A stretch of 64,000 nucleotides of DNA, from positions 10,262,210 to 10,326,209 of the forward strand of contig CM119263.1 in NCBI GenBank assembly GCA_051294375.1. Reading direction: 5' to 3'. Shown here piece after piece: positions 15,363 through 26,149 of this stretch. The DNA is from Paraspadella gotoi (taxonomy: Eukaryota > Animalia > Chaetognatha). The notes below the pieces were generated by a model that saw only the letters and a program-made list of their open reading frames with translations, had not been told where the DNA came from and did no database searches. Each line of letters opens with the position of its first letter. Position 1 is the first letter of the stretch. The translations under genes were made by a program, and so were the position numbers.

Positions 15363-18079
15363 CGAGTTTAAACCGTTTAGCTTTTATCAATCAAAGTTAG
15401 ATAATTTGCAACTTTGATCATAAAATTAAATCGAGAAAAAAATCCCACTCGTTTTTACCGGAAATTAAAAAAAGTGTTCATTTGGTATTATGAATTGCAC
15501 TCGAAAGACAATGAAGAAAAAGAGAGAAGTGAGAGGGAGAGAGAAAGAGAGAGAGAGAGAAACAAAAAGAGAGAAAGACTAAAACAGGAAGGGTGGGTAT
15601 GCCGTTTTGGGCGATTTTCAAATCCATCATCTCTTTCCAAACTAATTTTCACCTCACCCCCATGTCAACCACAAATACTCTCTGTCTCGAAGATCTTTCT
15701 TCAATTCTTTTCATCCTTTCACACACAGTCGCCCCATCTTCACAAACTATTCCCGTTCTTTTGTTTTCGAGTCACGTGATTCGGCGAGATTCTCGTCCGG
15801 CAAAGTCTCGTCGCGTGACAACGAAAAACGCGATGCGAATAGAAAAGGTCCGAGAGGGACTCTCTCGGCGAATAGAAAAGGTTCTCTCTTACGAATCATT
15901 TTCGGTGTTGTTATACGTAATGGTTATTATAATTATTATACAATTTTTTTTTAGCTCTGCCAAATGTGGGAGACTATTTGATAAAAAAAAATTATTTGTC
16001 GTACTCGAGCGGGAACCAAAAATTATTCTAAACTTTCCGACTCTTTAAGGGAAATTCAAGGAATATAGAAAAAAAAATTGAAGGTACCGCCAGGACTCCA
16101 GGAGTCTCTGGACCCAAAGTCACTGAAATCCAACCAATTGCTCCAGAAAGATTTTCCGTCCCGAGCTCACACCGACAAGGCTCGGTTTTTCCCTTCGTCC
16201 GTTCGGATGGGAATAGCATCTCCCATTTAGTGCAAAGGAGATTCGCGGGAGAGAGCGCCTTGTTTATTGCCTCGTTTTGGACGAGCGCTTGACCGCGGAC
16301 CAACGCTTGACCGCTCTAAGCTGTAATTCATCACTTCTTTTATGCGCGCGTCGCTTTATTTTTGGTCTTTTTTCTTTTCCTTCGGATTTCTCGTGAACGT
16401 TGAGGGCGGAAGTGACATCGCGACGTGGATTAGTGTCAACGACGACTGGAGTATTAGAGCTTTCTTTCTATTAATGTCTAAAGAGAACATTCTGACAGCG
16501 GTCTATTCACACCGACTCGCCTCCAGCTTCATTCAGCCAGACCGTCCTAGGGTAACAGCGCCACTGACAGAAGGCATCACCGATGGGCGGTAGCCCCTTA
16601 AGCCAACAGTGAGATGCCCCATCCCAATTGGCATCACAGGCAACCAGGCTGTTGCTATGACATTTGCTGGGAAACGGTTTATTTGGCAGTGACCAGGGAG
16701 CTAATGCGCAGGTGACGTGAGATAATTCGCCTCACTCCTGGAAATGACCTTTACTGTGAAGGTGACTTTTATGGGAAAATCGATATCGATGGTAAAAGCG
16801 ACAAACGTTAAAAAAGTAAAGATGATGACGATGATGACGATGATGACGACTCCTCAGTGTATGACGCTCGTGAAGACTGTGGGCGAAAGGAGGAAACGTT
16901 AAGAAATACTGTATAAAATCACAACTACCTAAATCTCCTCGAGAAACAAACGAGCGACTCGGCGCGTGCATCCAGCGTGCGCCCCACGGGCGTTCATCGA
17001 TTTGTTTGTATCGGTTTCTCGCGAGATCTCGGTGGGAATCCTGTGCGGTGTGCACGCACGCGCAACCCGCATGCGACGCCACGTGCGGCGGAGCAGATTC
17101 GGCGAACGTCGTGGTCGCGAGTGACGCGTGAGTGGCGTCCGACGCGATTAACGATCGCATCGGATTGACGGTGGCTCGCGCGGGGGGGGGGGGGGGAGGG
17201 CGGGGAGGGGGGGTTGGGGGAGGGGTGTTGGCCGAGAGAAACGTCGGGGGGAACTGGAGTGGAATCGTGAATGCTGTTGCTGCGAAACGGACTATCAGTT
17301 GCTGTTAAAGACGTGCATTCGATTCCTTCTCTTACAATATAAAAAAAAAATGATTACGGTGGACGGACTTCGTTTTGACGCAACAGTCAAGTTCCGACAT
17401 TATCCCGCGGGTCTAAAATGACTCTCGAGTTGGCGGTAAAATTTGAAGAGAGAAGAAGTGAGGAAGTAAGGTGGGTAGGATATAAAAGATTGAGGCAAAG
17501 AGAGAAAAAATGGATAAAGGAAAAATAGGAAAAAAAGAGGGAAAGGTAGGATAAAAGGGAAAAAAGAACGGAAAAAAGAAAGGAAGAAAGGCGGTTTTTT
17601 TTCCTCGTGTGACGATCCAGACTCCGGCTCGTTTGGCCAGGGAAAGTGGCGGAGATAAAATGCGTCATTCTGTCAGGTTTTTTCCCCCGAAATTCCCGCA
17701 TCAGCTGCTGTGTTCGAGCTGCATCCGCGGCTCTGCGTGGGCGTCGCCGGGCAAGCGGTCGAGTGGTTTATTCCGACAGATTTTATCATTTGCTGACCGA
17801 CCGACTGAAAGAGCTTCGTCTATGAATTGAATCCGAAAAATGCCAGGAGAAGCCTAATAATTTAAACATCACGTATATATGTAGCTTTTTTTTCAATCGG
17901 TGAAAAAATTTTTGCGTCGACGACGAAAAAGAAAAACGAAAAAAAAGGCCGGAAAATCTATTATAAATTTTCATTCAAAAAAAGGGGAAAAAAAAGAAAA
18001 AAACTTTTATATAGTTTAAACATTCATATTTCATTAGTAAGCGTCATGTTACGATCTAACTTTAAGAAGATATTAAAAT

Positions 18080-18833
18080 GTCTGATAAAAAAAAGTCAAT
18101 AAAACGCAGACGGGAGAAAACGAGAAAATATGGAATCCGTTATCAGCGATTAGATTCGTCGGATAAGCGAAGCCCTTTAGTAATAATGAGCATTCTTTAA
18201 TCTTCAATCTTCATTGGTTGACCGGTTCGCATTTCAGTAAGCATCGCTCGATAGTAGACCTCGCGAAATAGCTATAAATCCAAATTCTCTTTTGGCAGAA
18301 AATTTACCCTCGATAAAAATCCCCCAAATTCTTTAACCTTCCACTTTCAAAAAAAAAAACTTACCCAAGGAAACTCTGACGTCAAACGAGTTCCTTGGCG
18401 CCGAAATTCGGTCGTTTGGGGAAAGTTTTTTTTTTCTCGCTGCGCCGTGGGGTTGTAGAGGGGGGCGATGGGGGCGATGGGGCGGAGGGGCGCAGGGGGG
18501 GCGATGGGGCGAGGGGGAGTGAGGAAAAGATTCGTCGATTGGGTAGTTTTTTTTTTTGAAAAGTGGAAGGTTAAAGAATTTGGGGATTTTTATCGAGGGT
18601 AAATTTTCTGCCAAAAGAGAATTTGGATTTATAGCTATCGTCGCGCAGGTCTACTAATCGAGCGATGCTTACTGAAATGCGAACAACGTTCCAACCAATG
18701 AAGATTGAGATCTAAGAATGCTCATCTATTACTAACAGGGCTTCGCTATCCTCGACGATCTTAATCGACTGCATAACGCATTCCATATTTTCTCGTTTTC
18801 TCCCGTCTGTCGTTTTATTGACTTTTTATCAAC
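18080..18833. repeat. Fold-back inverted repeat with ~285-bp arms (18080-18368, 18539-18833) and a G-rich spacer
   Basis: ataaatccaaattctcttttggcagaaaatttaccctcgataaaaatcccc is the reverse complement of ggggatttttatcgagggtaaattttctgccaaaagagaatttggatttat; the arms differ mainly by indels. Confidence 0.9.
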
Positions 18834-19690
18834 ATGACCGGCTCGAAGCCGGTTCAGTGCTTGATATTGATCGGCGTGAGCTTCTTTGGAGTCGTCGCGT
18901 CGTCGTCCTTGGCCGTCACGCTGTTTTTTACTATAAAAAGTACTACGCTCTTTATAGGTTTGGCTGCTGAACTTACCGTTTTTTTTAAAATAAAAATTAT
19001 TATAATACTGATAGAGTTTACAAAGGTCGCAATCATAGTACGTTAAAAATTTAGATAATGGCTTCTCAATTTAAAATAGGCTTTGATATTTTCTCATTAC
19101 ATTTGGATTTAAGCTATTTTTTGTTTGAATTTCCACTTCATTATGATTTACTGCAATATCAAAAGTAGATTATATACTGATTATATAATCCAAATTAGTA
19201 TATAGAAATGCTTTAAGCTAATTACATATTGCAGTATATATATTGAAGATGAAATTCAAAAATTTTTTTTTTAAATTTCTAATAAAAAGGGAACTCAAAG
19301 TAAATTTTTTTAATGAGAACCTATATCTTAATTTTAATACAATAAAAATATAAATCTTTTACAAGCTGCGATTGAAAAAATTGAAAAGTTTCCAATTGTA
19401 AACCATTGCTAACATTTTTGCCTTTCTTTTATTTATTTTTTAATTTATATATTTTTTTAGCGCTGCCTTTTCTGAATCGTTTAAAAAACAGAGTTCAGTT
19501 TCCTCTCTGTCTCTCTTTGTGTGCGATCTCTTGCGTGATCGTTCGTCTTTGTTGAAAAATTCTGCATTATTTTTGTCTTATCTTATATAATAACATATAT
19601 ATTTGATCAGCGCCAGCCTTTTCTGAATCGTCTTAAAAAATACGAAGTTCTCAGGCTCTCTCTACATTCTCTCTCCCTCGTCTCCCTTCA

Positions 19691-19731
<41 letters not shown>

Positions 19732-20241
19732 CTCTCCTTCTCTTTTACAAAAAAAAAAAATTCAACTTTGTTTAACCACCGGTTTTTTGAAAAAAAAATT
19801 TTTATATTCTTTCCTTCTAAAAAACTTTATTATCGCCATTTATTCACGCGCTCTTTCTCAATACAAATACCAAATTTTACTCTGATAGATGTTTCCGTTG
19901 GCATCATCTTTTTTGAGAAAATGTGAGATAGTACACTCTACTTGACGACTGGATTCGTGGCCGTTGCGGGCGCTGCAACGAGTAAACAAGCGCGAGGAAC
20001 ATAGACCTAAATAACGCGTTTTATGGCACACGAAACGTCTACGTGATAAAAAAAAATTCAACTGACCGGATCACAGCCGATATAAACAAGACGTGACTAA
20101 TATTGGTATCGTAGTGGCGGGAAAACTTTCTCTCCCTCCTCTCTCTCGTCTCTCTCTCTCTCTCGTCTCTCTCCTCTCTCTCTCTTTTTTTTTTTTTTAC
20201 AAAAAAAAATTATAACTTGTAAACGAGTAAACGATTCCGCG

Positions 20242-20283
<42 letters not shown>

Positions 20284-23027
20284 CTATCTTGATCTCTCTC
20301 TCTTTCTCGCTCCTTTCTATCTCTTCTTTTTGTCTGACAAAAAGTAATATTATTAGTCACCTTTGTTTTTCACCTACCGTCATCTTTAAACGAGTTCCGG
20401 CTCTCTTCTAATTCCTACCTCTTCTGCTTTTTTGTTTACACAAAAAAAATTTTTAGTCACTTTTTTTTTCACCCAGGGCGCACGAGTAACGAGTGTAAAC
20501 GAGTTCGGACTCTGTTCAGCTTTTTCTTCGTCGTCTCTCTCATCATCTCTCTCTCTCTCGGTCTCTCTCTGTCTCTCTCTCGTGCAATGTAACGATCGTT
20601 CGTTTTATTTAAATACATTCTCTATTATCTTTTCCTTTGCTTAAAAACTTTTAGTATCGCTCATTTAGTTTTTTTTCTCTATACACAAATACCAAATTTA
20701 CATCCGAGATTTAATGGATTTCATTTTGAGGAAAAAAAGCATGGCAATGTCAACGATGTACATCAGCTTGAGCTGCTTTTACATATAGTCTGCTAATTGT
20801 CCGGCAATTGCGCGGATTAATTTATATTACGATACTATAATACTCTTCTAACAAAAAAAATTTCTTTGTTTTTTTGTTTATTACTGTAACTTGCGTGACC
20901 GGTCGGCCCACCGCACTATTGGCAAAGATATATATCTAATAATAAGGAGTGAGAAGAAGAGATATTGTCAGAATTAAACAATTCTTTTTTTGTTATTCTA
21001 GACGANNNNNNNNNNNNNNNNNNNNNNNNNACGAATTTTCCACTTTAATTTGCAAAAACGTCTCCCGACTCTTGATACGAAATCGTCTGGATTGAGATCG
21101 CGGAATTTGCGCTCTCAATCTAGATTTCCGCGCGCGAGTCTTTCAACTTTCGGCTATCGCTTTTTTTTTTTTTTGGTGAGCGGTTATTTTTTTTTTTCAT
21201 TGAACTTTTTGGTCTCTCCGATGTTACTAAAAAAATTTTTTTTCATTTTAAATTAAAATTTGTAGAAGAATGAATTTCCAAACTTTTATCATATTGTTTA
21301 ACCCTTGATTGCGCACTGAATCTTGACAAAAACAGTCTTTCTCTCCGAGTAAAGCATTTCTTCGTGGAAGAACCTTCATGCGGTGTTAAATATGTGACAA
21401 AAATATTTACTCTCAGAAAGATTAATTTTTTTTTACTAAAATGCGATCATTTCGAAGGGTGTGTTAATGCGCCGGCGCAGATCGAATTTTGCGGTCGGAG
21501 GCAAAAACGACTCCAAATTTGAGAAAAGAGAAGAAATTGGGTGAAATTCTTTGGGTTTGAAAATCTCCTCTTATTGGAGAGGGAGGGGGGGGGGTGGTTG
21601 GAATAAAATACAAAATAAAATTCCCCATAAAACTTTAAATCCATTCTGATGACATATCGTAAGACTAATATAAACGAAATTTAAAAGTGAAGTTTAAATA
21701 TCGATATTTTATAACTAGAAAAGTAACAAAAAATTTAATAAAAAAGGATATTTAGTATTCGCAAAATATAATTTATTCGTCTTTCCGTTGCTCGTTGTCA
21801 CTTTTTTTTAGGGTGGAGATTTCATTTTAGAAATCTGTTTACTATGAAATGAAAGGAAGATTATATATAAGTTCTTCTCATTATCGTTTCGAGTATTTTT
21901 TTTTCTTTACGACATTATGCGGAATGTAATTCAGAATTTTCGAGTATTTTCCTTTCATTTTTTTTGTTCTCCCCCCCCCCCAAAAAAAAACCAACAAAAA
22001 AACAAAAAACGATCTCTTCTCGATTTCAGCAAGGAATCGTCTTCCTCTATGAAAGACAAATCTCGACAAATCTCCCGATTCCACACAGATGCTCTCTCTC
22101 CTTCATCCCCGTTCGCTTCTTACTCCTTTTCTAACGCTTTTACCCTCCCCCACTTCCCCCCGCTAATACAACATCCCTCCTTTATCCCTCCTTTCCCTCA
22201 TCCCTTCCCTGCTCCCTTCCCCAAATCGCTCCTCCGTTCCCTTCCCCCGGATCGCCCATGGCCCAATTAAGCCGCGAAGCGAATTCCCTTTCCCAAATTT
22301 CGATTTTGAGCCGCGAGACTCGAAGCTTCGCGACTCATCATCAATTTTCGGATTTCGGAGACTTGGCGAAATCACCCCATCCGTAACTGTCACCCCCATC
22401 TCTTTACAAACTGTTCTCGCCACTCCCGTCCTCCGCTTCCCCCCACATCCGTAACTGTCACCCTCATATCTTTTCACGACACCCCATCCTTGACTGTCGA
22501 TCCGATCCCTATTCTCGCAAACCCTCTTCACAACATAACGAAATCACCGCTACAGTTACTCTCTCCCTCGGGTTTAAACTCGTCACCCCTTGCACCCTAA
22601 ATACTTTCACTCTTCTTTTTGAGTTTGCTATTCTCTTTCATTCTATTTACTTAATTCTCGCCAACGGTATTTTTACATCATTTTCCATATTTTTTATACT
22701 TTTCAAAATTGTAAACTCTGAACTTTTCAAACGTTTTCAAATACAGTATCGGATAGTCCGATTAACCCGATTTTCCAAAATTTGCCCTATCCTCCTCCTA
22801 CTCTCTACTCTATCCTCCTTTATCCTCCTCTATCCTCTTACCACCCTCACCGCAATAATCGGTATCAGTTTTAAAGTCGCGGGTTTAAGTTTTCCCGTTG
22901 TTTCTTTTCTTTTAAAAATATAAATGAAAATTCCAAACCGTACTGGGTATTGTGGGACCACATTTTTATTTTTATGCATCTTTGTTTTTATTATTATTAT
23001 CATTATTTTTATTAGTATAGAAAGAGA

Positions 23028-23090
23028 GACGACTTTCGGATGTCCCGAGCATCCACTTCTTCTGCCGGATCATCTTATGAACCAGTCGTC
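23028..23090 (-). ncRNA. Candidate three-way-junction RNA resembling a type III hammerhead ribozyme (imperfect core)
   Basis: Minus strand: GACGACU [GGUUCAU-aag-AUGAUCC] GGCAGAAGAAGU [GGAUG-cucggga-CAUCC] GAA AGUCGUC. The closing stem has 7 bp and GAAA is intact, but the core reads CAGAAGA instead of CUGANGA and no unpaired cleavage nucleotide is visible. Confidence 0.3.
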
Positions 23091-23504
23091 CAGCCGAGCT
23101 CACTACTTCCTCGCTTTTTCGCGCGCTTCCACTATAGAGACGACTTCTCTTATCGATCTCTCTTTTCTCTTTCTTTTCGACTTTCTTTCTCACACAGTAC
23201 GAGCCACACAACGCACCTCTCGACTCTATCACGCACCACATTCTCTTCCAGCATCTCATCCTATCTCTTACGCACGCGAGCGCTCGCGGGCCGCACAACG
23301 CCACACGATTCGCGCTAAGTGTCGGTGCTCAGCCTAGCCGACTCTTAGTTCTAAGAGTGCCCGGCCCATAAGCGCCGCCGCTTATCGGGTCCTCGCTAGT
23401 AACCAGGTCGTTTACGACTGCAAGCCCATTCGATGTTGAAGAACCAGCGGGCATGAAGGTTGTGTCCAGCGGGAGTGCTATTCGGCCGTGTGTTCGGATG
23501 AAGA

Positions 23505-23925
23505 TCTACGTGAGGAAGTCAGCACGGGTTGTCCTTCGATCTTTACGAGTATCCACTATCGCGTTACGGCGTGAACATTCTTGCCTTATTTCGGTTTATC
23601 CGATTCGGTAGGAACGTTGGTTGGGAGTAATTGTTGTCGGTCGTGTTGAAGGTCCATTACTCTTTTGAAGTATTGCGAATGGTATTAATTTTACTCGTCT
23701 TGGCGGCGCAGATGTAACTTTGAACTTTCTGATCAATGCATGGTTGAATAGCTAATGTTTCAGTATGTTCTATGTGTTTGATCCTTAGTATATCGTCAGG
23801 CAATGATTTGGAGTTTGGAAGCTAAACGAGATATTCCTAACGCATTTGCTGTTGCCCAGTTATATAGTCCTCGCCATCGCGCCTCGTCTAGCGGGTGCTG
23901 GCGTCGGCGTATATGCGGTATTCTC
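23505..23925 (-). pseudogene. RNase H domain (Ty3/gypsy or caulimovirus type), frameshifted in this assembly
   Basis: EYRIYADAS (~23897-23923), HTETLAI (~23748-23768) and DNP.ADFLT(R) (~23505-23535) match the TDAS / E.LAI / N..ADALSR motifs of LTR-type RNase H. Confidence 0.8.
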
Positions 23926-24149
23926 CGTTTTCTTTAATTTTTTGCGTCATTTAAAAAGATTTAAGTCCTGGAGTCGTTTTTGATTTCGCTGACTAGGCAT
24001 TCTAAGAGCTCGCGGTGCTCTTCCTGATCCGAACTCTCAAAAGCTGCTTTTGTCGACACAACCGTGAGTGCCGTGTCAACGGTTGCGCGAGAATAGGAAA
24101 ATCTGTGAGTAAAAGCACCATGTAGTAGTTCAGTGAAGCCAGGAGGGCG

Positions 24150-25230
24150 CGGAGAATGCTTCTGCGTGTTTGATCTGCTTTCAGTTTGAATCTTCGTGGC
24201 TTGTTCGCATGAGCTTTTTATGCTCTGCTGAGGTTCATGTATATGCTCTGCGATGATGCTAGCCAGAGGATTTTGATGTCGTCTTTCCTTACGTAGGACG
24301 CATGCTTGTGTCCCTTCAAAAACGAACACGATTATCCTCGTGCGACCATCATTTCCAGGAATTCTTCCGCACAAGCGTTCTGCATTTCCTCAGGTGATCT
24401 TCGCCGTTAGTGCATGAGGTCGCGCCGTATTGAATGAGGAATGCGTCTTTACGTTCTCTTCCGAGGTCTGCACAAATCTCGTCTAGGATGGCCTGCAGCA
24501 CGTGTATACACTGTTTTCTAGAGTACCGCCCAGAGGGGAAGTTTATTCATCGTGCCAGTTGTGTCCTGCGCCTGCAGGAAAGCGGTTACCGTGTTTTTAC
24601 GGCATTATGTATGCCAGGTCTTGACCTGATGGAAACACGACTAAGGATATCGAACTGGAACATTGGTAGTTCGTGAGGTGTTGCTATCTCTAAGACTTGA
24701 GGCAATTAGTCTGCGGTTCCGTTAGCGAAGGTGGAATCGTTAATCATTCTACAGCTGACTAAGTCGTCGCCGAGATTAGCCTCCATCGTGTTTCGCGAAT
24801 GTTTACTTCAGATCGTCTATTTGTCTTGCCGATATGGCGGATGGTGATTCGTTTCGGTTTATATAAGAAGAGCATTCACGAGTAAGCTTACTCTCAGAAT
24901 GTTGCCTGTGCGAGACACGGACTCCAGGCTTTTTCGATAGACTTTCAAGGTAATCTTTTTGCAAGGGCTGCACGTTCTTCGACTGGGCGTCCTTGATTTA
25001 CGAAATCTTGGTTTTCGGTAAGCCGTTCAGTGGTAGTGCCTTTCGAAGGTCGAACTCTTATAGTTTGTAGGAAGCCCTCCTTGCAGTCGTTTATTGATTC
25101 CCCAAGAGACAGTCTCTCTGAATTCGCCAGACTGTTTCCCAAACACTAAGGGAGCCTTGTCAAATGAGAGATGGGTCGATCTCTTTAAAAGGGCGTGAAG
25201 GATTCGTCTTTTCCTCTGTCGTCATGTTTT
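24150..25230 (-). pseudogene. Reverse transcriptase domain, frameshifted in this assembly
   Basis: Motifs in order: pre-RT TTEEKTN.HALLK (~25160-25225), RWRLI (~24775-24790), MFQFDI..CFHQVK (~24620-24663), TAF, MNKLPLG..NS...LQAILDEI (~24475-24550), FLIQYG(D)DLM (~24413-24441, one base missing), IKILG (~24265-24280). Confidence 0.85.
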
Positions 25231-25889
25231 CTGGCGTCCTTTTTCTCGGGCTTCTTCTACCGCCTCTAATATCTGCTTCTGACCGGCGTGTGTTTTATTT
25301 ATAATTTGTTGGCCGGTAGTTTTCTTTTATCGGCACCCGTTCGTAATTTCGGTCTTATCCCATCGTTGAGTCTGCCTGGACTGTCTCCAGCCATCACGAC
25401 GGAGATACCCAGTCTGGGTCAGGTTGTAAATCGCTTTTTGGCTCTCTTCGTGACGATTAAATTTGCCTTTTGCTCCGCCATTCACGCACGGGTTGCCTGG
25501 TAGTTTTCTACCCCTTGTTTCACGGTGCTCGCCTTGAGATACTGTGGCCAAAGCTGGTTTCTCCGTCCGGGATTGTAGGATCGCCCCCAACTTTTTTTGG
25601 GGGGAGCCCCCTTTCCAAAAGACCCTGGAAGCGGAACTTTCCGAGTAAAGCCTGGCTGCTCTTACTAGAGATTTCCCGCCTCGTTCTTTTCATGCAATAG
25701 AAGCGGTATCCTGTGTTTTCTTACGTTCAACCACAATCTTCTGGCGAGCCATCTTGCCGCTTTGTAGGGCTGACTGTTGTCCTTGAAGAGGTGAGTAACT
25801 GTTTCCCCCGCCATGTAGTGCTACTTGAGTAGACCTTGCTTTTCGGCTGGGAGACGCATCCACATTTTCATTTCTGGTCCTGGTCGGTT

Positions 25890-26140
25890 GTGGGCTGTTC
25901 CGATTATCACATCCTGTCCTCTCGTCTGGGGAATATGAAGAAGGTTTGTGTCCAGTACACAGTTCTGGAACATACTACTGAAGGATTTATGCGGTCTCCG
26001 GATGACGACATTTCCGTTTCCGCAGTCGATACCGGGAGACGGCGGGCCGGAGTAGATTTTGCACTCGTCATCGACGCATTCGTTCTACAAACTTCTCGGG
26101 ATAGTGTTTATCGATGCCCCGTGTCGTAAAGGCAGCTTGC
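25890..26140 (-). pseudogene. Retropepsin-type aspartic protease
   Basis: ASCLYDTG(A)SINTIP with DTG at 26117-26125 and a 1-nt slip after it; downstream QDVIIG at ~25899-25916. Confidence 0.8.
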
Positions 26141-26149
26141 TGGGGCTCC

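Noticed and set aside
16080-16110. GTACCGCCAGGA resembling the U2 snRNA 3' stem-loop
   Set aside because: No U2 5' end, branch-point pairing region or Sm site nearby.
25250-25890. Integrase between PR and RT (copia or Gmr1 order)
   Set aside because: Only ~210 codons, no HHCC or DDE context recognised, and it runs into a typical pre-RT motif. Not formally excluded without an HMM search.
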